A stretch of DNA of 62,915 nt, filler included, from Dugesia japonica (lineage: Eukaryota): NCBI GenBank assembly GCA_001938525.1. It is 6 parts of 6 records of this genome, joined end to end, with 100 filler letters (N's around TTAATTAATTAA, not from the genome) between each part and the next. Parts side by side here need not be neighbours in the genome. Positions count along the whole stretch, not along the records: positions 1 to 13,950 come from MQRL01584388.1; 5 more parts are not named here. The stretch is one strand, 5' to 3'. Of this stretch, positions 1 through 13,419 are shown in pieces. The notes under the pieces were generated by a model. The model was given only the letters and a program-made list of their open reading frames with translations. It searched no databases and was not told the DNA's origin. The stretch's first letter is position 1. Every line of letters starts with the position of its first letter. The translations under genes and the position numbers were made by a program.

Positions 1-1077
1 TTTTGTTACCTTTTCTTACACCAAAATGCTACTTTCAATCTAAAATTTTGATACTTGAAATTTTAATTCAGTTATTTTGAAAAAATGCAGAAAAAATGTT
101 CTTTCGGTCAAATGAGCGGTTGTGATAAAATATATTAAAATTTTAAAAACCTATATAAAATATCAAATTGTCAAATTATTTTGAAATTTTATTTAAAATT
201 TACTGACATAAATTAAAAATCTTTAATAAAACCTATCAAAATTCAAAATTTAATTAATTTAGTCAAATAAGTTGTTTGTACATTAGTGCTAATCATTAAT
301 TATACAACACTCTCCCAATAATTTCTAATTTTATTAGACCAAATTTCAAAATTCACATTAAATTTTTATTTTTATGATCGGCAATATAACTACCGCCACT
401 ACAACCATTATGATCTTGAAGAGAGATGAACACAAACCAAAACTTTTAACAATTTTATTTGATGTAGAAACAACTTTCAATAAAGGAAAATCCTTAACAG
501 TTTTCACAATTGAATACTTCTTAAAACCTTCAGAATTAGGCATCGATAAAATAAATGGCCCAACATAGTTTTTAGAAGTTTAGTTTAATACACATTACCA
601 GAATTATTTATTTTATGAAACAAATTTGTCAATATCAAGTAATATATGAAAACTCGTATTAACATATCCATGTATATTATAATGCAAATAATGCATTAAA
701 TTAATTTTTAAAAAAATAATTAAATATTTTTTGAAAGTGTACTGAAATTACTTTCGATTTATAGTATAAATTAAATCGATAAAATAAATGTTTATGTTAA
801 ACAAGAACAATAATGTACTTAAGCCACAAAAAATAACAGTTTTGATAAACTGAATTTGAGCAGAAATTTGTGCAGTTAATTTATAATAGTTAAATAATAG
901 ACGTTAAAATCAAAAAGTTTATAAGTTTTAATTATTTTAAAATTAATTTTGAACATAATTAAAGCCGATTCAAAATTCTCTCATATGTTGTAAGACGTAC
1001 TTTAATTTTTTTTTTCATTCTGAATAAAATAAAAATAAAATTTTAGTTATTTGTTGAAATTAAAAATTGTGATATAG

Positions 1078-1243
1078 GATTATATGGAAGACGTACATGG
1101 TAAAGAAATTGATTTAAGCAGAGTAACAATAAAGATACCCGGTATCGTCTACCGACATGGAGCTGGTGGCATTCCAACTATGGGAGCTGGAGTTACTATG
1201 TCTGCTCTAAAATTATCAAGAAACAGATCAAGTGATCCGACAG
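1078..1243 (+). CDS. AGAP1-like: AGAP/centaurin-gamma exon (N-part of split PH domain); upstream exons not identified in this window
   Basis: tag|GAT acceptor and G|gt donor; translates DYMEDVHGKEIDLSRVTIKIPG, resembling the AGAP1 motif DYMQNVHGKEIDLLRTTVKVPG. Confidence 0.9.
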
Positions 1244-1284
1244 GTTTTTTATTTCCGAAATAATAAGTCCTTATTATATAATAG

Positions 1285-1344
1285 GAAATTCTAGAGGTTT
1301 TCGAGATTTAGCTAAAAAACAACGTAGAAAGGTACTTGCGAATG
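1285..1344 (+). CDS. AGAP1-like: AGAP small exon (basic insert within split PH domain)
   Basis: Follows a 41-nt gt..ag intron, phase 1/1; (G)NSRGFRDLAKKQRRKVLAN resembles the KKHRRKK segment of AGAPs; gtaagt donor. Confidence 0.75.
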
Positions 1345-1426
1345 GTAAGTATATTTCATTTTGTATTTCTAAGTTTTTTGAATTTATGATTTTATATTAT
1401 TTGATAATTTCTATATACTCTTTTAG

Positions 1427-1789
1427 AGAGCGATTCTTTCGAATTTCAAATTGTTTCTCTCGATGGTAAGCAGTGGTCATTTGAATCCGCGTTAGAAGAA
1501 GAACGAGATGAATGGGTTACTCTTATTGAGCAGGCTATTTTAGAATGTTTACAAAATATGGACATTCGTCGATCTCCAATAACAAGCAATTCTGGAAATT
1601 TAAATGAAATTCATGGTTCTAAATATGATTTAAATGAGTCAGGGGATAAGGATGGTGTTGTTAAATCACTATCACCGACAGCCGAAGGAGTTTCAGATGT
1701 ACTGTCTGATGCAGAATCTCGAAAAAAAATGATTCAAGAAATTAGTTTCGTCAGTGGTAATGACTTTTGTGCTGATTGTGGCCAACCAA
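1427..1789 (+). CDS. AGAP1-like: AGAP exon: C-part of PH domain, linker and start of ArfGAP zinc finger
   Basis: SDSFEFQIVSLDGKQWSFES..EERDEWVTLIEQAILECLQ...GNDFCADCGQP; ttttag acceptor, gtaagt donor; in frame with ORF 1558..1800. Confidence 0.93.
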
Positions 1790-2039
1790 GTAAGTTTTAA
1801 TTTTAAAAAATATATTTTTTCTTATATCTCGATACAATTGTATAAATAATGTTAATATGAAACAAGAACAATAAAAAATATATAATTTACGAAATTAGAT
1901 ACGCCATATGTAATAAATCATACATATGTAGAACCTAGAGAACAATTCAAACGAGAATCAAATTATGTCAAAATTACGGTTGATTCAGTCTATTTGAAGA
2001 AAATATCAGACATTGATAGGAGAAACATCATTTTTAAAA

Positions 2040-2620
2040 GATCAATCAAGTATGCGATGGCATTATTTATTGGGCCAATATTGCAATATTTTCATGACAT
2101 TGGGCATACAACTTTAGTTCAACATGAAATCGAAGTGACACCTATTTTACAATACCCATGCATCTTGAGTCAAAAGTTGATGAATTGGTGTCATGTCTCG
2201 TAATAACTGGTGTTATTTCGAATTGAGAAACCCGTGGTGGTTGGAAAAAAAGATGGATCGATTCGAATGTGTATTATTCAAGCGAATAAATGCAATTACT
2301 GAGAAGTTTACATTTCCTATGCCATGACGTTTGTCTGATCCCAAATAATTTTCAAGCGTTTTATCAGGTGAAGCTGTCAGAGAAGCCAAGATTGGTTACA
2401 GCTTTTAGTACTAAACAAGGCCAGTTTTGTTTCAATCATATGCCTTTAGAATTAGCAACAGCAATATTTCAGAAATTCATTCATGAACTATTAAAAGGCT
2501 TTCTTATAAACGGTGTAATGGTTTATCTTGATGATATTATGATTTACAGCTCTTGCGAAAAGAAACACGACGATATATTGGAAGAATTTTTTCGACGCTG
2601 GTTTACCGTAAATCCGGAAA
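2040..2620 (+). mobile_element. Degenerate Ty3/Gypsy reverse transcriptase fragment in AGAP intron
   Basis: KKDGSIRMC, TAFSTKQGQFCFNHMP and VYLDDIMIYS motifs spread over shifted frames. Confidence 0.85.
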
Positions 2621-5149
2621 ATATAAAAAAAAATGTAAAAACAAAAAATATTTTTCAATGATTTTTAAAAAACCTATAATAAAATATAAAATTTTCCAAC
2701 TTTTTTGAAATTTTATTTAAGAGTTACCGACCTATAAATTAAAAACCTTTCAACGAGAGTTATTTTTTCTGCGGCACACAGTGAGTGCCCAATGGAGTAG
2801 GATAAAAAAAAGAAAATTGAAGCAGTCAAAATTTTGAGATAAATATAATAGTTGTAATTTCTATTTTCAAAACTTTTATCTACCCTTTCTTTTCTCATTT
2901 TCCAAAAAATATTTAATTTTTATAAGTAAATTAAACTTGACTAAGATCATTTCGATAATAATACAACATTGGGTTTCATATATTTTTGCAAAAAAAACAA
3001 TTTAATTGATTTATAATTATTTCATTAGGAATAAGTTTTCGCTTATGAATCATGAAGCAAACAAAAAAAATTCAACATAATAAGAATAAATTTGACATCG
3101 ATCCAATGTCGTTGTAAGATTTCTTTGCTGTTTTGTCATTGGGGAGTTTGATTTCGATATCTCCCTGGTTACCTAAGACTATTTATCTGACTTGTAATTA
3201 ATGGGAATCCTGTAGGGTATATATAAATTTTCTATAGTCAAAATTAGATAGTTTTGCACATATAAAGCAAATTAATTTTCAATTTTTTAAAATCTCCGTG
3301 AATTTTTCCAATTTAAATTATAGTTTTATTTACAGTGTCTCCAAAATACTGACATTTATCATATTTTCGTACATTTTGATAAAATATAATGTTTCTTCGT
3401 CAATTTAGTTAAATTAACAATATCAAAAGTTTCCATCCAAAATTGGTTTAATACTACAAGATTGCGTTGAATTTTACAAAAGTTGAAAAATATAACATAA
3501 TTCATACCTTAAAATATTAATATTTAAAAATAAAATATATTTTGAAAATATCAATTTTTCAAAAATCTTCATGCAATATACATTTTAATAATTTTCAAAA
3601 ATATACCAAAAAAAATTCAAAAACATGCTAATAAATATTGTGTCAGGGTTATTGACTGACACTTCAAAAATATATTTGCTTGACTTTGTACCAATTCTGA
3701 GTTTTTCAAATGTTCCTGTTATATTCAAGTTCATAAATACCACATTCTATGTCTCACTCACTTATTGCACAATTGAGTTCTAAAGATAAAATCACGTTTC
3801 TTTGGAAGTCGATGAGCTTATTGTAAGAATCAAAGCAGCCACAGTAAAAAACAATGTGTTGAAAAACTAGAAGATGAGGATGTTTGCTTGAATCATATTC
3901 CTTCTATATTAAAATTACAATAGTTAATTTTTGGGATGACTCTGTTATGATNNNNNNNNNNNNNNNNNNNNNNNNNNNNNNNNNNNNNNNNNNNNNNNNN
4001 NNNNNNNNNNNNNNNNNNNNNNNNNNNNNTCAATAATTGAAAAACTTGAGTCTTGGTCATAAAAATGATTTGAGAAAAATGATATTTTGTTAATTTTAAA
4101 AATGACTAATGTAAAGGCAACATCTAAATTGAGCGAAGATTTTCAATTTTAGAGAAAATTTATCTAAAAATAGAAATTTTGTCGGAAAACATAGAGGCAT
4201 TTTCTCTGTGCAGTGATTTTTTTAATTCAAAATGCATTATATATTTGTATTTATAAATGTTTTTACTGCAACTTTAATTTCAACTTATGTGTTTATTAAT
4301 GCAACTTGATTTCGTCCTGCTTTTTTAATTTAATACTCCATTAATATATCCTATTATTTAATATGGATAATAGGAAATATAAACTTAGTTATTTCTTGAC
4401 AATCTGAAATGAAAATTATATTTTTCCTGCANNNNNNNNNNNNNNNNNNNNNNNNNNNAATATTTTAATATTTCATCGAAAATTTTCATTATGAATAATT
4501 ATTTTGTTAAAAATACAATAAAAAATCAAATAATGCCTATCAAAGAATTCTATTTGTGATTCTATAATTGAATAAAACTAGTTTCAATCAGCAAAAATTA
4601 GTTCTCACAAATTTGAATTTAATAGTTCAATAATCAAATTAATTATAGTTTGTATCAAGTGGTTTATTCTGTGAAAATTGAAACTTGTTTTAAAGTATTA
4701 AGAATTCTTTATTTAANAAATGATATCGGTTAACAAAGTGATAGTGAAGGAAAATATTTCAGGAAATATTTCAATAGAGAAATAATAATTAGATAGTTTT
4801 TCTTTTTAAATATTTAAAGTTTTATATATATTTGCTATCCCACTGTAATTATACCTTTTTTATTAATTAAGCGTAAAAGGGATTTTAATTTTAATAGAAT
4901 TTTTATTTAAACAATTTGAATAAATACCATTAAATCAAAAGCCATAATTTTGATGGAGCTATAATTAGTGAAAATTTACTGATTTTTTATTTTTATCAGA
5001 ATTTCTTTTCAGTAACTGTTTGAGGATTATGTAAGTAAAAATTGTGCCCTCAATTTAATTATGTTTTGATAGGTTGCATTATTCGTTTTAAAAGCTGTAG
5101 GTTTTGAATATTATACTTAAAATTTGTAAAATCATTATTCGAATTTTGA

Positions 5150-5443
<294 letters not shown>

Positions 5444-5457
5444 TAAGTTTTTGAAAG

Positions 5458-5737
5458 GAAACCAGAATTCAACAGTTCTGCTAAAGAAAAGGAAGAATGG
5501 ATTAGAAGTAAATATGAACGAAGAGAATTTCTACCTCCACTACCATGTCCTGGATGGCCTATTCAACAGCAACTTATTGATGCTATCACGCGAAGAGATA
5601 TACGTCAAGTTATTTTATGTTTAGCCATAGCGTCTGAGGCAGAAGTAAATGCAAGCTATAGCCGAACTGATCCCCGAGCTCCAATACATATTGCTGCTGC
5701 TATCGGCGATATTGTATCTTTACAATTACTCATATGG
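5458..5737 (+). CDS. AGAP1-like: AGAP exon: end of ArfGAP domain and first ankyrin repeat
   Basis: Follows a 48-nt intron; KPEFNSSAKEKEEWIRSKYERREFLPPLP...PIHIAAAIGDIVSLQLLIW|gtaatt. Confidence 0.93.
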
Positions 5738-5739
5738 GT

Positions 5740-5740
5740 A

Positions 5741-5786
<46 letters not shown>

Positions 5787-6454
5787 GATGAGTTTTGAGA
5801 ACTCATCGCATTATCAACATCAAAGTTTAACTCCATAAATGTATTAAAATAAAATATTAAAAAATATATTAAATAATATATTAAAAAATATAAAATTTAT
5901 TTTCAAATAAAACTACAACATCATTATTTGTTAAATCCAAACAAATTAAAAAATTCATATTTAAAAACAGAAAATACTAAATATTTAAATTCTTATTTTA
6001 TTAATATCCAAGTTTAAAACACTAAAATAAACATTTTTCATTCATTTAATTGTGTATTTTAAATATATTTTGATTATTAAGTTTTATTAATATTAAATTT
6101 TAAAACACTAAAATAAACATTTTTTATTCATTTAATTTTATTTTTAAATCTTTAAATTTAAGTAATTTATTTTATAAATTATTTTCTTGATACAAAATTT
6201 AAATATACTTTTGATTTTAATAAATTCGTTTTAAAAATAAAAAATTTAAATCTGTTTTTTAAAAAACTATCTTATATCCATCTTTNTAAGAAATTTTTTG
6301 ATCTTCTCTACGTTTCTTTCAAGACTTTTTCTGTTTGTATATTCCAGAATGTAGATTATGCCGCTCTTGGTCTTATAGGGTCCTTCATAACGATCTTGGC
6401 TCTTATTTCTTGATTCAACTTTCACTAAGATTTCATGACCAACCTTGAATTGTC
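5740..6454. repeat. (ATT)n plus LTR copy, duplicated across the N gap (second copy 6506-7260)
   Basis: Near-identical ~700 bp on both sides of gap 6455-6505. Confidence 0.85.
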
Positions 6455-6504
6455 NNNNNNNNNNNNNNNNNNNNNNNNNNNNNNNNNNNNNNNNNNNNNN
6501 NNNN

Positions 6505-6551
<47 letters not shown>

Positions 6552-6556
<5 letters not shown>

Positions 6557-9164
6557 GATGAGTTTTGAAAACTCATCGCATTATCAACATCAAAGTTTAA
6601 CTCCATAAATGTCTTAAAATAAAATATTAAAAAATATATTAAATAATATATTAAAAAATATAAAATTTATTTCAAAATAAAACTACAATATCATTGTTGT
6701 AGTTGTAATCCAAACAAATTTAAAAATTCATATTTAAAAACAGAAAATACTAAATATTTAAATTCTTATATTTTATTAATATCCAAGTTTAAAACACTAA
6801 AATAAACATTTTTCATTCATTTAATTGTGTATTTTATTATATTTTAAATATATTTTGATTATTAAGTTTTATTAATATTAAATTTTAAAACAATAAAATA
6901 AACATTTTTTATTCATTTAATTTTTTTAAAAAATCTTTAAATTTAAGTAATTTATTTTATAAATTATTTTCTTGATACAAATTTAAATATACTTTTGATT
7001 TTAATAAATTCGTTTTAAAAATAAAAAATTTAAATCTGTTTTTTAAAAAACTATCTTATATCCATCTTTNTAAGAAATTTTTTGATCTTCTCTACGTTTC
7101 TTTCAAGACTTTTTCTGTTTGTATATTCCAGAATGTAGATTATGTCGTGAACTTTCCTCTTGGTTTTATTATGCAAATAACGATCTTCCTTCATAACGAT
7201 CTTGGCTCTTATTTCTTGATTCAACTTTCACTAAGATTTCATGACCAACCTTGAATTGTCTTTTGATCAATATCTCTTTATTTTGATCATTGTGTTCTTT
7301 TTGAGAATCACTTTCGTACCATTTTTCTCTGATTATTCTCTTTCCAAATACGATTTCAACATGGCTTTCCCCGATGGTCTTCTGTTTTGTAGCATTCAAG
7401 GTAAATTCTATCTCTGGCAATACATTTATTTAAGCCCAATGTGAGGATTTCGTTTCTTTAAGTGTTGCATTATCCCGCATAATTCTAAACTGTTTCTAGA
7501 TTTGCCCATTTGTGTTATGATGATATGGACTTAAAAACCTGAGGGTATTTCCATGTTCAGCTGCGAAATCTTTCGTTGATTTATACTCAAATACCCTTCC
7601 ACAATCAACTCGAATTTCTATCGGACCACTTTAGCTGAATTAAGGAGCCGTAGATGCAAACGTTTCTTCAATTTTTTCACATACTTTCCATAAAGACTGT
7701 TGTTTAATTAACAGTTTATAATAACTTTTGTCCAATTCCGATTAGCTATGAAATCTTACTTCTGTATTTAATATCCACTTCTCCAATATTGCTTTCCGTA
7801 TGGTATCTTCATCTTGTCTTGTCATTGTTATCAAGGCTATATAAATACTTACTGCATTGATCTATTATATCGAGAACATATCTTTTTCGACCTTTTGTCT
7901 CTGACAGTGGTTCATATACATCTACAAATAACAACTCAAACATTTCGGCTGGCTGTATCTTTTTCGTTTCTTCCTTCGTTTTTGTTGTCAACACTTTAGC
8001 TTTTTGATAAGTTATACAGCTTCGGACAACCTCTTGTANNNNNNNNNNNNNNNNNNNNNTTTGCTCCACAAATATTTCGCGTTATATTTATACTTCATAT
8101 ACGCTGCTACCTTTTCTGCTCTAGCATGACACAAAAAAATTGTGTATCCTCATTATAACTTATTCCACTTTATCATCACGTATCCATGTTCCTTCATCGT
8201 TTTCGCCAAAATTGCCTTGTTTCTCTTGAATATCTTCTGTATCTAACGTACTTGTTTTTAATTTTCCACTTTTGGGATCTTCATGTGACATTAGACATTG
8301 TACACATATATCGCATTTACTTCTTGACAACATATCCGCATTTGTATAAAGCGATCCTTTTCTATATTCCAATTTTATATAATTAATCCAAGTTTGAAAC
8401 TGATGTGATCGATTTCTTGGTATTTCGCATAAAAGTGCTATATCTGTTCTGAGGATAAATCTCTTCCCATATAAGTAATGTTTGAAATGAATAGAAAGTA
8501 GTAAATTGCGAGCAATTCTTTTCGCGTAGTACAATATCCCTTCTCATGACTTGTCATTGTGTGTAACCCATATGCAAATACTATTTCTTGCCCATTGTTG
8601 TCCTTTTGAGATAGTACTGCTCCAATGTATCGAAATTCGCATCCGTGTCCAAAATAAATCCTCTATTTATATCTTGAAAACATAATATTGGAGACATCAT
8701 TAGTGCTTCTTTTATTCCATTAAAAACTAATTCTAATTCGTTCGCCCATTCAATTTTCTTGTTACTCGGCCCACAATACAGTTGTTCCAGCAATCTAGCT
8801 TTCGAATAATCTTAAATAAATTTGCGATAGTAATTGCAAATTCCCAGAAAGCTTCATATCTTAACGGATTTTAGTTTACCAAAGTTCTTAATTGCTTCTA
8901 TTTTAGTTGGATCTGTTTTGACACCTTCTTTACTAATAACGTGTCCAAAAATTTGATCTCCTTTCTCATGAATTGACATATCTCCGGATTAACTCTTAAC
9001 GCCTTCTTAATTTCTGTCAATACTTTATTGACTTTTTCATAGTGTTGCTCCTTTGTTTCAGTAAAAATATCATCGCTTCTTTTATTTTTCCGATTACTTT
9101 ATATTTTAATAAATTCCGTTTTAAAAATAAAATATTTAAATCTGTTTTTAAAAACTATCTTATA
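6552..9164 (-). mobile_element. Internally deleted Ty3/Gypsy LTR retrotransposon (RT end, RNase H, integrase, ~500-bp 3' LTR) in AGAP intron
   Basis: FILDTDA, HFKHYLYGKRFILRTD, ADMLSR, SPYHHNTNGQI integrase core; LTR start TATAAGATAG seen after a purine tract at ~7060 and again at 9164; flanked by (ATT)n on both sides. Confidence 0.88.
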
Positions 9165-9212
<48 letters not shown>

Positions 9213-9929
9213 NNNNNNNNNNNNNNNNNNNNNNNNNNNNNNNNNNNNNNNNNNNNNNNNNNNNNNNNNNNNNNNNNNNNNNNNNNNNNNNNNNNNNNNN
9301 NNNNNNNNNNNNNNNNNNNNNNNNNNNNNNNNNNNNNNNNTTATGCATGTAGTAATTTAATTTTTAAAAAATCGATTGAAATAGATATTTTGATAAAAAT
9401 AATTTTTTAATTTTAATAAATAAAAACAAAAAATCGTGTTTATAACTAAATATTTTTAAACATCAAATGAAATCTTAATACAAACCGCACAAATTACAAT
9501 ATATATACAATATATATTACAATATATGTCAAATTTTTTCTAATTTGTTGATTTTTTTATTTTCTAAAATTATATCATATTAAAAATTATTTAAAATTAT
9601 ATTATATTAAAAGTATTTATTGAAGAAACAATAGCATGGGTCATGAAAACTTGTGAACATTATTATTATTAATATTTATAAATAAATTAGAAAAATATTT
9701 ATTTGTGAAAATTTGGCTAGAATCTTATAATTATTATCAATAATTATCAATAAAGTTTTGTGTTACGCACATTATGTAATAATGCTTCATTTTTTATGTG
9801 TGTACTAATTAAAAAAAATTAATATTTTTTAAATATATTTTCAGACCTAACTGAAATTAAATGGAAATTTTATTTTTATTTGAATAAATAAATACATACA
9901 AAATAATTTGTAAAAAAAATAGTTTATAT

Positions 9930-10085
9930 TTATGGAACGGTATGTTAAAAAATGAAACGGTGCTAAATAGAGAAGTGTTAGATTTCTTCCTCAGTTAGAC
10001 TACAGAATTCTATTAAAAAATGGTATTACCAAGGTGCAAAACCGTTGGGCAAAGTGATACAATATAATGGATTTTATTTCAACGG
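9930..10085 (+). mobile_element. Mariner transposase C-terminal remnant
   Basis: EFY.NGITKVQNRWAK.IQYNGFYF (with frameshifts) resembles the mariner FYxxGIxxLxxRWxKxIxxNGxYF tail. Confidence 0.6.
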
Positions 10086-10140
10086 ATATAACTAATATTA
10101 AAAATGTTGACAAAGACGTTTTTTTTAAGAAATTGACAAA

Positions 10141-10358
10141 AATCTGTCGACGAGAGATCAAGTGAATATGGTGGATATTGTAAAATATTCCATCCAAAAT
10201 CCGATAGCTTCTGCCGAGTCACTATATTTGTGTGAGGTCTGGCCTTTCCATGGTGATATACTAATTTTCTTCACCAATTCTGGACTCTTCAGCTTGACAC
10301 ATTCATTCAATTGAAAAGTTGGTGACAGTAAACCTCGAAATTAATAGTTTCATTACTG
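10141..10358 (-). mobile_element. Mariner transposase catalytic-domain remnant
   Basis: HHGKARPHT...FGWNILQYPPYSLDLSSTDF corresponds to HDNARPH and YSPDLAPSDF. Confidence 0.8.
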
Positions 10359-11099
10359 AATAATAGCTAAAAATAAATGGTTTCATAATTACTGATAAAA
10401 AATTTCATAATCGAGTTTTACAAAAAAAATTGTTATTCTTGTAAAATTTGTTTTGCTTTTCATTGTTTGTTCGATATTTAACTTGAAAAAAATAGTTTAA
10501 ATATTAATAAAAATAAATGTTACAAATTGAAAAACTATCAATTTCAAATATTTTGAACGTTTTCTATTTTCTTACATGCATTCATGTGATAAATTAATAA
10601 GAAAATTGATATATTTTAAAGATATCTGCCTGCCTAATATTTCTCGATATTCGAAATTATACATTAATAATATATGTAATAATTAATATAATCATTATTA
10701 CTTGACATAATTTCTAGAAATAAAAGTTTTTAAAACCATCTTTTGGTAAATTTGATTTTATTTACCAATAATGTGAGCACAAAAACGTATTTCATAATTT
10801 TTATTTTTCAAGTAAATTTAAAATTTTTAATAAAAATTTAAAAATTAGTTATATCTAAAACAATCTACAGTCATACATAAAACTCTTCCAAATTTCCTAA
10901 ATGGTTGAAATAGTTATATTTTTAAAGGTTTCTAAATAAATTGTTCTAATACTTGCAATACTCTTAAATTACCAATATCAATACTGTTAAAATGAAAAAA
11001 AAATGTTGAATTTAATATTGTTTGTTTTCAGAATTTTTTAGTTTTAGCTTAATAATAATTTTAACAATTGGTGTTTTTTAGTTTTTTAGAATTATCTAA

Positions 11100-11260
11100 A
11101 GAAATGCGTATTGTCAGTTGTTGGAAACTATTCTGTGGAACCTACTTGACTAATTTCCGTCTTTTTCCAATCTGATGCATATGCAATCTTATTGTTTCTT
11201 CGTTGACATTAAATGTCAAATCAAGTTCCTGACATGTCAGACTCGAATCCGTCATTCTAT
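11100..11260 (-). mobile_element. Mariner transposase HTH/linker remnant
   Basis: DSSLTCQELDLTFNVNEETIRLHMHQIGKRRKLVK*VP: second HTH and a mutated WVPHEL linker. Confidence 0.7.
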
Positions 11261-11628
11261 ATAAATAAAAGTATTTTTTTAATAATTATATTTTGTTTCT
11301 TTAACGTTTTAGCCTTAATTTTGTGCATAAACGAAAATGGGTTAGGCTTAGCGTAAAAGAGAAATTAGGTATAATTAAATATGTTTAAGTCAATCTGACT
11401 GTTTCTTGTCAAAGAATAACCTAACTATTTTTCATATTCGCCACTTTTTACAGAATTCAAACTTGGGTGGATATTATAGGGTTTGCTGTAAGTCCAAATA
11501 TAGACTTTTTAAAGAACTGTATATTTTTAAAAAAAATTAATTGTATATTATTATTATTAATGGTATATTTTGATCGAAGCCTATTCTTATTTTAATGAAA
11601 TTATTAATGGTACTTTATTTTTATTCAG

Positions 11629-11967
11629 TATAAAGGTCAAGTAGATCTTAAAGACGTTAGTGGCCGGAATGCCTATTTTTATGCGAAAATGTATGGTCAA
11701 GATAGCACTGCCGAATTTCTTGTGAAAAATGGTTGCACTCGGCAACAAATTCCTCAATCATCAAATGTTCAACCTCAGAATATGAGCCATAACATTTCAT
11801 ATGTATCAAATACAGTTGCAGTGTCTTCAGGACCTGGATCAGTTTCAAACCGACCTCTTAACGATAATAATTTTGCATGCAACACTATGTCGAAAAAGAA
11901 TCTCTTTTCATCATCTCCTAAACAACCACCATCAGCTCAAACTACATCTACCACTAGCTCCAGATAA
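11629..11967 (+). CDS. AGAP1-like: AGAP terminal exon: second ankyrin repeat and Ser-rich tail
   Basis: ttcag|TAT phase-0 acceptor; YKGQVDLKDVSGRNAYFYAKMYGQDSTAEFLVKNGC parallels AGAP1 YGVDVTARDAHGNTALAYAR...LLQYGC; TAA at 11965-11967. Confidence 0.92.
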   Translation, partial: YKGQVDLKDVSGRNAYFYAKMYGQDSTAEFLVKNGCTRQQIPQSSNVQPQNMSHNISYVSNTVAVSSGPGSVSNRPLNDNNFACNTMSKKNLFSSSPKQPPSAQTTSTTSSR

Positions 11968-12517
11968 CCTGATCTCACTTTATTTTACTAATATATTATC
12001 ACACATTCACAGTTCCATACTGTTCTTGCGTGTGTTTAATTAATATTCCTTATTTGTTTAATGATTTAGTTGTGCTGTAAGTGTACTGACATTGGTTGAT
12101 TAGTAAATTATGTTAATTTATTATGAATACTAAATGAATATTGTGTACATACGAAACCTTTTCAAAAATCGGTATGAATAGATTTCTAATAACTACTTTT
12201 TATTATAATATCTGTGTTATGTTTCATCAAAGATTATTGTTGTAAAAATCTTATATTTTAATTATTTGAAAATATTGTTTAGATAACAATTAGTTTATTG
12301 TACATTAATTATAGTCTGCCAAAGTATGGGATTTTGAAATTTCAGTGTATCTATAAAAACGATTGAATATTTGTGACAAGATAATTAATTCATGTTAATT
12401 TGTAATATTTGAAATTATTCCATTTATTAAGGTAATTACAATCAAGTTAAATTTATTTATGAAAATATATTTTTCAATTGATGAATGTAAAATTTTTTAT
12501 TTTATGTAGTATTCATT

Positions 12518-12747
12518 TTAAAAAGCCTTCGAGAGTCGTCGAAAGAAATCCATAAATAAGTTTCCGGGTGTCGATTTTTTGTGTTTCATAGAATATTTGG
12601 CTTTAGAATCTTTGGTTTTTCGAAGCTTCTTTTTATGTCTTCGAATTTTCATAATAATTTGAACTAATAAATTGTCAACCATGTGATTAAGAACTGTTGA
12701 CACTTCAAAGAATTCGGCATCGTAGATGCTAGCTAGCCTCTTTCCTT
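12518..12747 (-). CDS. Terminal exon of an RGK-family (Rad/Gem/Rem-like) small GTPase; upstream exons lost at contig end
   Basis: tag acceptor, then (E)GKRLASIYDAEFFEVSTVLNHMVDNLLVQIIMKIR (G5 region; HxVDxLLVxI is typical of invertebrate Rgk), a basic tail and TAA. Confidence 0.72.
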
Positions 12748-13057
12748 CTAATTTGAAATAAATTGTAATTAAAATATAATTTATTAACATAACGATATTA
12801 AAATTAAAAATAATTTTATTTTACATTTAAGAAATCAAAGCTATGTTATGTAATAATGTCTAAGGTGATTCAATATTGTTATTGAATAAATTTTGCTATT
12901 TAAATTCTATTTATTTGACAAATGCTGGAATTTTTCAATAAGAACGCTTCAAAAGTTTGTAATTATCAAAATTTTCCAATAATTTTCATTTAAAACGATT
13001 CTTCTCTAAATATTTAATTGTGTAATTTCCCAGTTCATTAACTAAGAATGATTTTCA

Positions 13058-13419
13058 CCAGGCACGGCAACGTGGTGCCCACGAGAGAATTTTAAATTGT
13101 CCGCATTCAAATATCTAAAAACTGGTAAATTTTCATATGCAATAAAAATTTTATTAAAGTCGTAAAAATGGGGTAATATGATTTTAATTCCTCTATTAAG
13201 TACTCAGCTAAAAACTTGCAATGTCAAACTTCGCATTAAATTTAGATTATGTGCAATATATTCGTTTGTAATAAGTTTAAGTTGTGTAAATATATGTATT
13301 ATTATTTATATATTATTTTAATATTTAAAAACTGCCTTTCATCCTGGAGTTTGGTGGTGCCCGCGAAATTTTATATTTTAGAAATATGCCTACTACTAAA
13401 AAAAGGTTGCCGATCCCGG
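13058..13419. mobile_element. hAT (Buster/Charlie-type) MITE
   Basis: Ends ccaggcacggcaac ... gttgccgatcccgg; subterminal gtggtgccc motifs; right flank ttcTAtac fits the nnnTAnnn Buster target. Confidence 0.6.

Noticed and set aside
2777-2815. CACAGTG heptamer as a Transib/RSS-like end
   Set aside because: No nonamer, partner TIR or transposase found
5740-7260. Tandem LTR duplication
   Set aside because: Near-identical copies flank an N gap; most likely unmerged allelic or overlapping contig ends
9042-9410. Poly-Ile/Leu/Tyr ORFs (also 16180, 16244, 17010) and X-filled ORFs
   Set aside because: Translations of (ATT)n microsatellites and N gaps
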